Assembly (NCBI GenBank): GCA_947564265.1
Contig: CANOBK010000006.1
Coordinates: forward strand, 40,648 to 104,647
Reading direction: 5' to 3'
Length of the DNA stretch: 64,000 nt
DNA from: an uncultured Bacillales bacterium
GTDB taxonomy: Bacteria; Bacillota_I; Bacilli_A; RF39; UBA660
The notes beneath the pieces were generated by a model. That model was not told where the DNA came from, did no database searches, and saw only the letters and a program-made list of their open reading frames with translations. The stretch's first letter is position 1. Each line of letters begins with the position of its first letter. The position numbers and the translations under genes are program-made. Below, piece by piece: positions 1 to 9,695 of the stretch.

Positions 1-71
1 TTTTTCATTATACCATAATTTTTTTCTTGATTCTATGATACTAGATTTTTTTATGGAAAGAAATAAAAATA

Positions 72-1373
72 TTATTGTGATTTTTTCTTTATTTTTTCTT
101 TTTCGCTATTAGTAGATAGCGTATGTGTTTGGTAAGTACGTTCCAATTGGTATAAATAGTTATCCAATAATGCTAACATATGAATTTCTCTCATACGGAG
201 ATTTGAAATTGGACTTTCCCTTTTCCGTTCTTCTTTCACTTTTCTCTCTTGCCTTGCTAACCATGTTGCTGCAACACTATGATCAGAAAAACAGTAAGGA
301 TCCCGTACTTTTAGCTTTTTTCCTAATCTTTCTGCCGCTTTTTTATATTCTAATATTTTTTCTTCAAAAGAAAGTGGTTTCGAATCATCCCATAGTAATT
401 GGTATTCTCCAAGATATTCTTCACATTCTTTTTGATTACTCTTTAGCCAACTGTTAATACAAATTTCATCTGGAAAATAGTAGTCTTTTTCGTTAAAGCA
501 AATATTATCTTTTGAAAGGGAAGGATCAATTTCTCCTTCTAATAGTTGAATTAAGTAAGAAATTTTCTCTTTCTTTGTCATTCTAGAGAGGCGAATGATA
601 GGAATATCTTTTATTTTTAGCATTTCATTTTCCATTCGCGCAAATAATTCTACCTCTTTTTTCCTCGTCTCTGTCAGTGATTTTTCTTTGCTTCTGTCTG
701 ACCGTAAAAATCTAATTTGATTTCGATACCAATCTTCGATATTAACCCCATCAGAAAAAAGGGTGTGTCGAACGCCAGTCTTTTGCTGTTTCATTTGAAA
801 ATATTCCAAGTACTCTTTTGTTCTTTCTTCAAATGTCAAAGGTTTTACTTTATTGTTTGGATTTTCACAATATCCTTCCTGGTAAAGATGACGTTTCATT
901 TTTAAGAAAGGCGTTAAGTTTTCTACCTCTTCTTCTGATAAATTTTCTAAAAAAATCACAGATTCTTCTTTCTTATACAATCTATTTTGTGAATTATACC
1001 AATCCACCATACTGCGTCCATTATTAAAGTAACATTCATCTGATATTACAGGTCTTCTTCCTAATTCTCTAGTTTTTTCTAAATACTGATCTGTTTTCGA
1101 AAGAAAGGATTTATCTCTTTGTAAATCCAGTTTTCCATCAAGGGCTTCTTCAATTTCCTCACACATCTTTTGGAATTTTCGAAAGTTTTCTGGGATTGGC
1201 TTCCCACTATTTTTTTCTATAAATTCTTTTAGATAACGTCTTTGATTATGTCCCCAAGAGCGCATATCACCACCATCTGAAAATTTTACTTTTAGTTTTT
1301 TAGGTGGTGTTTTTTGATGAGTAAGTACCCATTTTTTATATTCTTCTATCTTTTGTTCATATGTTAAAGACAC
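72..1373 (-). CDS. Hypothetical protein with about five helicase-associated (HA, PF03457-like) repeats
   Basis: 433 aa, GTG start with GGGGGA SD. Recurring unit (T/S)FEEK..EY.....F.DG..M..W...Q.R, e.g. TYEQKIEEY..FSDGGDMRSWGHNQRR, TFEERTKEY..FSDGVNIEDWYRNQIR, SFEEKILEY..FSDHSVAATWLARQER. Confidence 0.6.
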   Translation of the reverse strand: MSLTYEQKIEEYKKWVLTHQKTPPKKLKVKFSDGGDMRSWGHNQRRYLKEFIEKNSGKPIPENFRKFQKMCEEIEEALDGKLDLQRDKSFLSKTDQYLEKTRELGRRPVISDECYFNNGRSMVDWYNSQNRLYKKEESVIFLENLSEEEVENLTPFLKMKRHLYQEGYCENPNNKVKPLTFEERTKEYLEYFQMKQQKTGVRHTLFSDGVNIEDWYRNQIRFLRSDRSKEKSLTETRKKEVELFARMENEMLKIKDIPIIRLSRMTKKEKISYLIQLLEGEIDPSLSKDNICFNEKDYYFPDEICINSWLKSNQKECEEYLGEYQLLWDDSKPLSFEEKILEYKKAAERLGKKLKVRDPYCFSDHSVAATWLARQERKVKEERKRESPISNLRMREIHMLALLDNYLYQLERTYQTHTLSTNSEKEKIKKKSQ

Positions 1374-1435
1374 TGCGAATCCCCCATTTCATTGAGGCAT
1401 ATTATACTAAAAAAGAAGAAAAAAAACAAGGAGAT

Positions 1436-2275
1436 TTATTTCTCTCTTTGTATATTGTAAAGGTCTAATAAATTTAAGAAAAGCGAAATTACCGTCATGG
1501 GACCTACTCCTCCTGGAACTGGGGTCACTGCTTTTACATATCCATTTACACTAGAAAAGCAACAATCTCCTAATAATTTTCCTTCAACCAAACTAGTTCC
1601 AATGTCGATAATTACTGCCTTTTCTGAAACCATTTCTTTCTTTAGCCACTCTGGTTTTCCAATCGCTAGAAAAATAAAATCTGCCATTTGAAGTTGTTTT
1701 AGTGTATCCTCTGTCTTAGAATCGCATAAAACTACTTTTCCTTTGTTCTTTAATAAAGTAGCTAGCGGAGAACCTACCAAACGACTTTTTCCTAAGATTA
1801 CGATTCTTTTTTCTTCTAGTTCTAATTGATAAAATTCTAAAAGTTCAAAAATGCCTCGAACAGTCGCTGGAATCATTTGTGGGTGGTTCGATAGCTTCTG
1901 TTGATGAAAGGAAGTTAACCCATCAACATCTTTCTTTGGGTCGATTGCTTCTACCATTTCAAAAAAAGGAAATGCTTTTGGTACAGGACTTTGAATCATA
2001 ATCCCATGAACCTTTGGATCTTGATTTAATTTTTCTATTTCTGAAAAAATGGAAGAAACTGAAGCAGATTCTGAAAAAAATAAGTTTGTGAAAATCACGC
2101 CCAATTTCTCTGCCATAGTCTTCTTTTGTTTTAAGTATAATTCATTTTCCTTCTGATAACCAATCTGAATCACAACCAATTGTAATGGTTCGTTCAAGTT
2201 TGCTATGTCTTTTTTTAGTTTTGGAAGAAGAAAATCTCTTACGCTTCTTCCTTCTAAAATTTTAGTATTTTCCAT
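1436..2275 (-). CDS. folD: Bifunctional methylenetetrahydrofolate dehydrogenase/cyclohydrolase
   Basis: Motifs IDPKKDVDG, PATVRGI, VILGKSRLVGSPL, IDIG, TPVPGGVGPMT. Start moved from the ORF-track 2323 to ATG at 2275 (GGAGG SD at 2283-2287). Confidence 0.95.
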   Translation of the reverse strand: MENTKILEGRSVRDFLLPKLKKDIANLNEPLQLVVIQIGYQKENELYLKQKKTMAEKLGVIFTNLFFSESASVSSIFSEIEKLNQDPKVHGIMIQSPVPKAFPFFEMVEAIDPKKDVDGLTSFHQQKLSNHPQMIPATVRGIFELLEFYQLELEEKRIVILGKSRLVGSPLATLLKNKGKVVLCDSKTEDTLKQLQMADFIFLAIGKPEWLKKEMVSEKAVIIDIGTSLVEGKLLGDCCFSSVNGYVKAVTPVPGGVGPMTVISLFLNLLDLYNIQREK

Positions 2276-2315
2276 ATTTTTTCCTCCAAAGAAAAAAGAA
2301 GTATTTCTCCTCTTA

Positions 2316-2876
2316 TTATACATACAATCCCTGTTTTTTTCTAGGGATAAATGAAAATGAGGTTTCCTCTTCTTCTCTTTTTAACACTACTGTATGTTGC
2401 TTTAAGCTCTCCTGAACATCAATTAATCTTTGATTGGTGCTTCCTCGAAATAATGCATTATAACTTTTCTTTTCTAAAATAAATCTTCCATCTACTAAGG
2501 TATCAATCTCTTTTAAGAATTCCATAATTTCAGGTTTTTGTTTCGAAAGAGTCATCAATTGTTCAAAGTTATATCCAGTATAACACCAAATATTTAGTCC
2601 TATACTTTTTGCAAAACGAGCAATTTCGGCACATGCTTTCGGTTGAGCAAAGGGATCTCCTCCCGAAAAGGTAAGACCATCCTGACCTCTTAATTCATAG
2701 ATTGCATCCTTTACTTCCTCAACATCTACTAAAACACCACCGTTAAAATCGTGGGTCTGTGGATTGTGACATCCAGGGCAATGATGAGGGCATCCTTGTG
2801 TCCAAAGAACCGTTCGGATTCCCTCTCCATCAACAATACTATCTGTTTGTAAATCAGCAGCTAGACGAATTTCCAT
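2316..2876 (-). CDS. nrdG: Anaerobic ribonucleoside-triphosphate reductase activating protein (radical SAM)
   Basis: DSIVDGEGIR, GCPHHCPGCHNP (CxxxCxxC), TFSGGDPF, DGRF..RGSTNQR; adjacent to nrdD. Confidence 0.96.
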   Translation of the reverse strand: MEIRLAADLQTDSIVDGEGIRTVLWTQGCPHHCPGCHNPQTHDFNGGVLVDVEEVKDAIYELRGQDGLTFSGGDPFAQPKACAEIARFAKSIGLNIWCYTGYNFEQLMTLSKQKPEIMEFLKEIDTLVDGRFILEKKSYNALFRGSTNQRLIDVQESLKQHTVVLKREEEETSFSFIPRKKQGLYV

Positions 2877-2877
2877 A

Positions 2878-3051
2878 CTATGCTACTTCTTTTTTTGCTT
2901 CTTTGCAGATTTCTTTATACCCACTATGTTTTACACGATCTCTTTCTTCTGCTCTTTTCCCATTATTGAATCTAGAAACGTCTCCTGCTAAATATCCGGT
3001 TACCCTTCTAATTCTTTCAAATCCTTTTCCTTCTCCTACTACTTTTTCCAT
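2878..3051 (-). CDS. nrdD: Stand-alone NrdD C-terminal glycyl-radical peptide (57 aa), absent from the ORF track
   Basis: Hand translation: MEKVVGEGKGFERIRRVTGYLAGDVSRFNNGKRAEERDRVKHSGYKEICKEAKKEVA*. It has the NrdD C-terminal signature RxxGY-L...FN.GK..E..DRVKH, its own AGGAGA SD (3061-3066), and a stop 1 nt before the nrdG ATG. Confidence 0.9.
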   Translation of the reverse strand: MEKVVGEGKGFERIRRVTGYLAGDVSRFNNGKRAEERDRVKHSGYKEICKEAKKEVA

Positions 3052-3107
3052 TTTTCAATCTCTCCTTTTCTATTAATTTATCATTTATTATCTTAATTAT
3101 TAGCTTT

Positions 3108-5444
3108 TTATCTACCGCAACTGCAGTCCTCTCCAGTTAATCTCTCAACTGGAACTCCTTCAAATTCGTGTCTTCCACATCCAGGACATACATCATTAAT
3201 GACTCCGACATAACCACAAACTGGGTCTCTATCTACTGGGTGGTTAACAGCGCCATATCCAATTCCAGACTCCTTCATGATACGAATGATTTTTTCGAAT
3301 GCTTCTACGTTTTGAGCAGCATCTCCATCCAGTTCAATATAAGAAATATGCCCACCATTGGTTAATGCATGATAAGGTGCTTCCGTTTCAATTTTACCTG
3401 TAATACTAATGTTGTAATATACTGGTACATGGAACGAATTTGTATAATACTCTCTGTCCGTGACTCCTTTAATCTTCCCATAAATCGCTTTATCAATTCC
3501 TGTAAATCTTCCAGCTAACCCTTCTGCTGGAGTTGCTAGACAAGCAAAGTTTAAATTATACTTTTCTGCATATTCATCACACTTTTTACGCATAAACTGA
3601 ATGATTTCTAATCCTAGTTTTTGGCTTTCATCACTTTCTCCATGATGTTTTCCAGTTAAGGCTTTTAAGCATTCCGCAAGTCCAATAAATCCAATGGATA
3701 ACGAACCATGTTTCCATACTTTTCTTAAGCGATCTGTAGGTTTTAATTTTTCTCCATTTGTCCATACTCCTTGTCCTAACAAAAATGGGAAATTATAACA
3801 TCTTTTATTACATTGTACTTCGAATCGTTCTAACAACTGATCCTTTACCATATCCATTAATTCTTCTAACTCTTGATAGAATCCTTTAATATCCGCCTTA
3901 TCCCGTTCTTTTAGACAAATTCCATATTTAATTCCAAGTCTAGGTAAGTTAATGGTAGTCCAAGACAAGTTTCCACGTCCTGTAACTACTTCATGATTTG
4001 GATCTGTAACATCACCAATTACTCTCGTTCTACATCCCATATAAGAAATTTCGGTATTTGGATCTCCTTCTTTGTAATATCCGATATTATGAGGAGCATC
4101 AATAAATGAGAAGTTAGGGAACAAACGTTTCGCTGATACTTTACAAGCGAGTTTAAATAAATCGTAGTTCTTATCCCCTTTGTTATAATTAACGCCTTCT
4201 TTTACTTTAAAGATAGATACAGGGAAAATTGGAGTTTCACCCTTTCCTAATCCTTCATCCTCTGCCAGTAAGAAATTTTTGATAATCATTCTTCCTTCTG
4301 GAGATGTATCTGTTCCAAAGTTTACAGAAGAAAATGGTACTTGTGCTCCTGCTCTAGAATGCATTGTGTTTAAATTGTGAATAAATGCCTCCATTGCTTG
4401 ATAAGTAGCACGTTCTGTTTTTTCTATTGCTTTTTGATAACTCTTATTTAGAACTTTCTCAATTGTATCAGAATCTTTCGCAAAACTATATAATTCTGAA
4501 ATATCAAATTCAATACTTTCTAGTTTATCGATTTCTCTTGCTAAACGATCCATATTTACAAACGGACAAAATCCCATTAAATCAATGTAATCATAAATTG
4601 ATTGTTTAAATTGCCGTTTAAATGTTTTTAAAACACCAGGTGCTAAGTAATAATCTAAAGCAGGAATTGCCTGTCCACCATGTTGATCATTTTGATTTGC
4701 CTGAATAACGATTGCTGCTAGGGAACCGTATGTTGAAATATCTTGCGGTGGTCTTACAAAACCGTGTCCCGTATCAAATCCATTTTTATATAATCTTGAT
4801 AAATCAATTTGACAACAAGTTGTCGTCCCCATTGCGAAGAAGTCCATATCGTGAATGTGAATCGTTCCGTTGTCATGTGCTTCTGCATATTCTGGTTTCA
4901 TTAAATACGCTTTCGCAAATTCTTTGGAAACTGTCGCACCATATTGAAGCATCGTTCCCATTGGAGAGTTTCCATCAATATTGGCATTTTCTCTTTTTGA
5001 GTCCTCTTCGTTCGCTGATTTTAATCCAAGATTTTCTAATGATTTCAAAAACTTATGAGTCTTCTTATCATCGAAGAAAGACTTTCTTGATTGATTTCTT
5101 CTTTCTCGATAGTTAGAAAATGATTGATATACATCTTGATATCCTTTTTTCTCGAGTTCCTCTTCAATCATATCTTGAATTTCTTCAATCTTGATTTTCC
5201 CAATCGAAACATATTCTTTTTCTATCTTGTTGACTACTGCTTGATATACTTTTTGAATATCCTTTTCAGTATAGGAACCTTCTTTTTCCTCTTCTTCATC
5301 GATATTTCCCAAAACGCTGTCAAATCCTTTTTTAACTGCAAGGGCAATTTTAGTTTTATCAAAGCTAACCTTTTTACCGTTTCTTTTTACTACAATTAGC
5401 TCTTCTACTTTGTCCACTACATCTGTCATATTCTTTTCCTCCAC
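3108..5444 (-). CDS. nrdD: Anaerobic (class III) ribonucleoside-triphosphate reductase, catalytic part with ATP cone, lacking the glycyl-radical tail
   Basis: N-terminal ATP cone (VVKRNGKKVSFDKTKI), KRENANID, HIHDMDF, TTTCCQID, SYMGCRT, GRGNLS, ATPAEGL, YYTNSFHVP, GGHISY, DPVCG..CPGCG. Ends with TAA and no RxxGY motif. Confidence 0.96.
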   Translation of the reverse strand: MEEKNMTDVVDKVEELIVVKRNGKKVSFDKTKIALAVKKGFDSVLGNIDEEEEKEGSYTEKDIQKVYQAVVNKIEKEYVSIGKIKIEEIQDMIEEELEKKGYQDVYQSFSNYRERRNQSRKSFFDDKKTHKFLKSLENLGLKSANEEDSKRENANIDGNSPMGTMLQYGATVSKEFAKAYLMKPEYAEAHDNGTIHIHDMDFFAMGTTTCCQIDLSRLYKNGFDTGHGFVRPPQDISTYGSLAAIVIQANQNDQHGGQAIPALDYYLAPGVLKTFKRQFKQSIYDYIDLMGFCPFVNMDRLAREIDKLESIEFDISELYSFAKDSDTIEKVLNKSYQKAIEKTERATYQAMEAFIHNLNTMHSRAGAQVPFSSVNFGTDTSPEGRMIIKNFLLAEDEGLGKGETPIFPVSIFKVKEGVNYNKGDKNYDLFKLACKVSAKRLFPNFSFIDAPHNIGYYKEGDPNTEISYMGCRTRVIGDVTDPNHEVVTGRGNLSWTTINLPRLGIKYGICLKERDKADIKGFYQELEELMDMVKDQLLERFEVQCNKRCYNFPFLLGQGVWTNGEKLKPTDRLRKVWKHGSLSIGFIGLAECLKALTGKHHGESDESQKLGLEIIQFMRKKCDEYAEKYNLNFACLATPAEGLAGRFTGIDKAIYGKIKGVTDREYYTNSFHVPVYYNISITGKIETEAPYHALTNGGHISYIELDGDAAQNVEAFEKIIRIMKESGIGYGAVNHPVDRDPVCGYVGVINDVCPGCGRHEFEGVPVERLTGEDCSCGR

Positions 5445-5468
5445 TACTCTTACCTTGTTTGTAATTCC

Positions 5469-5498
5469 ATTGTAGTATTTTTCGATTTATCAGGTCAA
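5469..5498 (-). promoter_or_regulatory. Probable sigma-A promoter of the nrd operon
   Basis: Minus strand TTGACC (5498-5493), 18 bp, TACAAT (5474-5469), just upstream of nrdD. Confidence 0.5.
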
Positions 5499-5813
5499 TA
5501 TTTTTTCTTATTTTTTAAAAATTTGACATTTTAATTTTTTGATTTTTTTGTTTTTTTACTTTTTTTAATTTTTCTTTATTTTTTACAAAAAACCATTTTT
5601 ATTCTTATAAAATAAGGAAAATATATTTTTTTATTTTCCTCTTGACTTTTTCTAAAATCTTACTTTTCTCAAAAAAATGGCATTTTTAACTTTTTGATTT
5701 TTTGAATTTTTTCAAAATTTTTCTTGTTCGATTTACATTAAAAAAACGAACCTAGTCAGTAGCTTGACATCACTACTTTTCCATTTTCGTTTTTCTTCTA
5801 CACTTTTTAGAAT

Positions 5814-7964
5814 TTATCGATTTTCTAATAAACTAAGTGATACTTTTTCTTGCTCTTTCTTAATATCAATTACGTAACAGTCGACAATATCCCCTACATG
5901 AAATAATTCTGATGGATGCTTAATATATTGATCGGTCAGTTTTGAAATATGTGCGAGCCCATCATTATGGAGACCAATATCAATGAAAAGACCAAAATCA
6001 ACAACATTTCTTACGGTACCTTGAAGTTTATCACCAATATTCAAGTCTTCTACATGCAAAACGCCACTTTTTAAAATTGGTTTTGGCATTTCATCACGTG
6101 GATCTCGATTTGGCTTCTTTAAAGCATCTACGATATCTTGTAGAGTATAAGAATCGATTTCCAAATTACAGTGTTCTAAATCAAAGTTATTTAACTTTTC
6201 TTGTAGTTTGGAAGTTCCAATATCTTCCTTACTACATCCGATGGAAGATAATAATGCTTCTGCCTGAGGATAGCTTTCTGGGTGAATGGAAGTTTTATCT
6301 AATGGATTCTTTCCATCTAATATCCTCATAAATCCAACGGATTGTTCATAGGCTTTGTCACTGACACCCTTTACTTTTTTTAATTCGGCTCGAGAGGAAA
6401 TCTTCCCATTCTGATTTCGATATTCAACAATCGCATCAATAGCCTTTTTCGTAAGACCTGAAACATATTTCAATAAAGAAGAAGAAGCTGTATTAATATT
6501 AACTCCTACCTGATTTACTGCTTTAGTAACTACAAAATTCAATGAATCATCCAGTTTCTTTCCTTGTACATCGTGTTGATAGAGTCCAACACCGATACTT
6601 TTCGGATCAATTTTGACAAGTTCTGATAAAGCATCTTGTAATCTTCTTCCAATGGAAATCGCACTTCTTTTCTCAACTGTTAAATCTGGAAACTCAGAAA
6701 TCGCAAGAGGACTAGCAGAATAAACAGAAGCACCCGCTTCACTTACGATAATATATTCTACCTTTCTCTTGGCTTTTTTGATTGTATTAGCGATAAAAGC
6801 TTCACTTTCTCTTGAAGCAGTTCCATTTCCAATCGCAATGATATCGACGTGATACTTTTCTATTAAGTCTAAAACCACTTTTTCACTTTCTGCGATTTTA
6901 TTATGAGGTTCTGTTGGATAAATTACTTGAATATCTAAAACTTTTCCTGTTGGATCGAGTACTGCAAGCTTACATCCTGTTCTAAAAGCTGGATCATATC
7001 CTAAAACTACTTTTTCTTTCATTGGAGGAGTCAAAAGTAAACTTTCTACGTTTTTAGAAAAATTATCAATAGCTACTTCTTCTCCTACTTCTTTTAATTC
7101 AGCTCGGATTTCCCTTTCGATACTAGGAAAAATCAAACGTTTATAACTATCTTGAATCGCATCTTTTACAGCATCTACTACAAAAGAATCTTTATTTTTA
7201 ATCATTTTAGATTCTAAATAAGAAAGAAGATCCTTTTCCTCAATATCGATTCCTACTGTTAAAACACCTTCTTTCTCTCCACGATTAATCGCCAAAACAC
7301 GATGCGGTTTTACTCGTTTCACTGGTTCTACATACTCATAATACATTTCATATGTCTTTTTTTCATCCTCTGCATTTTTCTTCTTTTTTGAAGTTAGAAT
7401 TCCGTTTAGATATAATCTTTTTCTTAATTCTTTTCGATAATAGGCATTATCACTAATCCATTCTGCAATAATGTATTTTGCCCCTTGAATGGCATCTTCA
7501 ACACTAGGAACTGCCTCTGTTACATATTTTTTTGCCATTTCTTCTAAACTTCCTGTTGTAGGAAAAGACATAATCATTTTCGCAAGTGGCTCTAATCCAT
7601 TCTTAAGCGCTTCCGTTGCTTTGGTTTTCTTCTTTTCTTTATAAGGGCGATACAAATCTTCTACTTCCACTAATTTCTCACATTTCATGATCGAAGATTT
7701 CAATTCCTCTGTTAAAAGACCCTTTTCATCGATTAGTCGAATGACATCTTCTTTTCTTTTTAAGAGATTCACTTGATATTCATAGACTTCATTAATACTA
7801 CGAATAATCTCCTCATCTAAAGCACCTGTTGCTTCTTTTCGATATCTTGCGATAAAAGGAATTGTATTTCCCTCACTTAATAAGTTTAATACTGTCTCTA
7901 CCTGCTTTGGTTTTATATTTAAATGATTACTAATTTCTATTATAATATCCTGATTCATTTTCAT
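5814..7964 (-). CDS. tex: Tex-family RNA-binding transcriptional accessory protein (S1 domain)
   Basis: EGNTIPFIARYRKEATG, GYDPAFRTGCKLAV, IAIGNGTASRES, EAGASVYSAS, IGVGLYQHDV, C-terminal S1 domain (GTVRNVVDFGLFIDIG). Confidence 0.95.
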   Translation of the reverse strand: MKMNQDIIIEISNHLNIKPKQVETVLNLLSEGNTIPFIARYRKEATGALDEEIIRSINEVYEYQVNLLKRKEDVIRLIDEKGLLTEELKSSIMKCEKLVEVEDLYRPYKEKKKTKATEALKNGLEPLAKMIMSFPTTGSLEEMAKKYVTEAVPSVEDAIQGAKYIIAEWISDNAYYRKELRKRLYLNGILTSKKKKNAEDEKKTYEMYYEYVEPVKRVKPHRVLAINRGEKEGVLTVGIDIEEKDLLSYLESKMIKNKDSFVVDAVKDAIQDSYKRLIFPSIEREIRAELKEVGEEVAIDNFSKNVESLLLTPPMKEKVVLGYDPAFRTGCKLAVLDPTGKVLDIQVIYPTEPHNKIAESEKVVLDLIEKYHVDIIAIGNGTASRESEAFIANTIKKAKRKVEYIIVSEAGASVYSASPLAISEFPDLTVEKRSAISIGRRLQDALSELVKIDPKSIGVGLYQHDVQGKKLDDSLNFVVTKAVNQVGVNINTASSSLLKYVSGLTKKAIDAIVEYRNQNGKISSRAELKKVKGVSDKAYEQSVGFMRILDGKNPLDKTSIHPESYPQAEALLSSIGCSKEDIGTSKLQEKLNNFDLEHCNLEIDSYTLQDIVDALKKPNRDPRDEMPKPILKSGVLHVEDLNIGDKLQGTVRNVVDFGLFIDIGLHNDGLAHISKLTDQYIKHPSELFHVGDIVDCYVIDIKKEQEKVSLSLLENR

Positions 7965-7995
7965 ACTCCTTTCCTACTTATTTTAACAAATCCAT

Positions 7996-8026
7996 AAAAA
8001 AAAGTTTAGTCAATTTACTAAACTTT
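7996..8026 (-). terminator. Rho-independent terminator after the nitroreductase gene
   Basis: Inverted repeat aaagtttagt (8001-8010) / actaaacttt (8017-8026), followed by a U-tract on the minus strand. Confidence 0.65.
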
Positions 8027-8051
8027 ACTCAAACTATTTTTTGTTTTTCAT

Positions 8052-8597
8052 TTATAAAATATACTTTGTAATTTCTGAAACTGTTTTTCTTTTTAATTCC
8101 TTTGGTTCTTGTTCATAATATCCAAGAGCTACTGCACTTACTAATTTTTTTTGTTTAGAATCAATCTTTAGAAATCCATTAATTTCTTTTTCTACTGCAC
8201 AAACATTTCCAATCCACAAGGAACCAATTCCAAGTTCTGTAGCTTGAAGTAACATATTTTCTATCATCGCACCAAGCGAAAGAAGATTATATTCAAATTG
8301 TTCAAAGTTATTACAGTAAATTAAGAGAAGCGTATCAGCTCGATCTATGGTATCTGCCGTTTTTACAATACTAATGTCTTCTTTATTTGAATGATTCCTC
8401 ATGAAACTAGAGATTTTCTTCTTTTGCTCTCTCAATACAAGAACTTCCCAAGGTTCACGGTGATGTGCCGATGGAGCGAGTGTTCCTGCTGCAATAATTT
8501 CTTCAATTTTTTGAGTAGAAACTTCTTTTTGAATGTAATGACGAATACTTCTTCGCTTTCTAAATGCTTCTGATAACTCCATTTTCTCACCTATCAA
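8052..8597 (-). CDS. Nitroreductase family protein
   Basis: RRSIRHY, APSAHHREPWE, GAMIENMLLQATELGIGSLWIG, ALGY. Confidence 0.9.
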   Translation of the reverse strand: MIGEKMELSEAFRKRRSIRHYIQKEVSTQKIEEIIAAGTLAPSAHHREPWEVLVLREQKKKISSFMRNHSNKEDISIVKTADTIDRADTLLLIYCNNFEQFEYNLLSLGAMIENMLLQATELGIGSLWIGNVCAVEKEINGFLKIDSKQKKLVSAVALGYYEQEPKELKRKTVSEITKYIL

Positions 8598-8609
8598 TTC
8601 AAATAATCA

Positions 8610-9629
8610 CTAACGAACTTTTACTTTTGCTTTTTCTTTGTCTACTGAATTTTCATCCATCTCAAAATCATAATCTTCATCTTCAAATGGATCATCCAAT
8701 TTTAGTGAATCAACCACATTATTTAAAAACGATTTTGCATTAACCATGAATGAATTTTTTGCTTTCTTTGGCTTTTTCTCAAAGAATGGAACCGCAGAAG
8801 GACTCGTTCTATCTATTTTATAATTCGTAGTATTCTGCATTGGAATCGTATTTGATTTATCACTTTCATTCTCATCTTCAAAGTCTAATTCATTGGCAGT
8901 CGTAATCTCTTCTTTTTCTTTCGATTTTTCTAACTGTTTTTTAGGTTGAAAGAATTCCATTGATTCTTCTTTCCATTCCTTTTCATCTTCTTCAAAATCT
9001 TCATCATCCTTATTTCTAACAATTGATTGTGCCGTCCAAGAAATCGCACCTATCATCAATGACACTACTGAAATAGCAATATCTTTAAAAGCAGCATCTA
9101 TACCAGAGAAAACTAAATCTGCTAGAGCCCCTCCGAATTGATAAATACCAAATACAACACTTGCTAAAGTAATGGTACCACAAACAAGTAATAAAGCTAA
9201 ATGTGAAGATTTAGAATCTTTCATCCCTTCCGTTATCTTTTCCTTTAATTCCATCCATTTATTTTTAATAGAGAAAGATTTCTTTTTCTTTGGTTTACTG
9301 TGTTTTTTCTTTCTTTTCGATGTTTTTTCTTTAGGGTTAAAATCATTTCCTTTTAATAAAAAGTTTTCGATTTCCGTTAGATCCTTATCTTTTAATTTTG
9401 CTTCTTTCATTTCACAAGCTACTTTTTGATCTAATTCTTTTACATACTGATAGTTATATACATAAAGATAACTATAGTAACGATTTTCTATTTCTTCTAT
9501 CGATTTTCTTTCTAATTGATTTTTTACAATAAACTCTTCTTTTGTCAAAGGTTTTGGTGGATTTTGACGAAAGAAAAACTTTCGAACGATATTTTTATAT
9601 TGTTCATTCAATGATACTGAAGTTTCCAT
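8610..9629 (-). CDS. Hypothetical membrane protein
   Basis: 339 aa; central hydrophobic helices (LALLLVCGTITLASVVFGIY; IAISVVSLMIGAISW), basic N-terminal part and acidic C-terminal part. Confidence 0.6.
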   Translation of the reverse strand: METSVSLNEQYKNIVRKFFFRQNPPKPLTKEEFIVKNQLERKSIEEIENRYYSYLYVYNYQYVKELDQKVACEMKEAKLKDKDLTEIENFLLKGNDFNPKEKTSKRKKKHSKPKKKKSFSIKNKWMELKEKITEGMKDSKSSHLALLLVCGTITLASVVFGIYQFGGALADLVFSGIDAAFKDIAISVVSLMIGAISWTAQSIVRNKDDEDFEEDEKEWKEESMEFFQPKKQLEKSKEKEEITTANELDFEDENESDKSNTIPMQNTTNYKIDRTSPSAVPFFEKKPKKAKNSFMVNAKSFLNNVVDSLKLDDPFEDEDYDFEMDENSVDKEKAKVKVR

Positions 9630-9695
9630 AGACTCCCCCCTCTTTCAATATGGACTGTATTATATCACAAAAAAGGATAAAAATCAATACTGACT

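Noticed and set aside
5445-5813. 370-bp AT-rich gap as a possible ncRNA, riboswitch or NrdR-box region
   Set aside because: It is mostly T/A runs. I found a promoter and a weak hairpin near 5742-5794, but no convincing NrdR box or structured-RNA motif.
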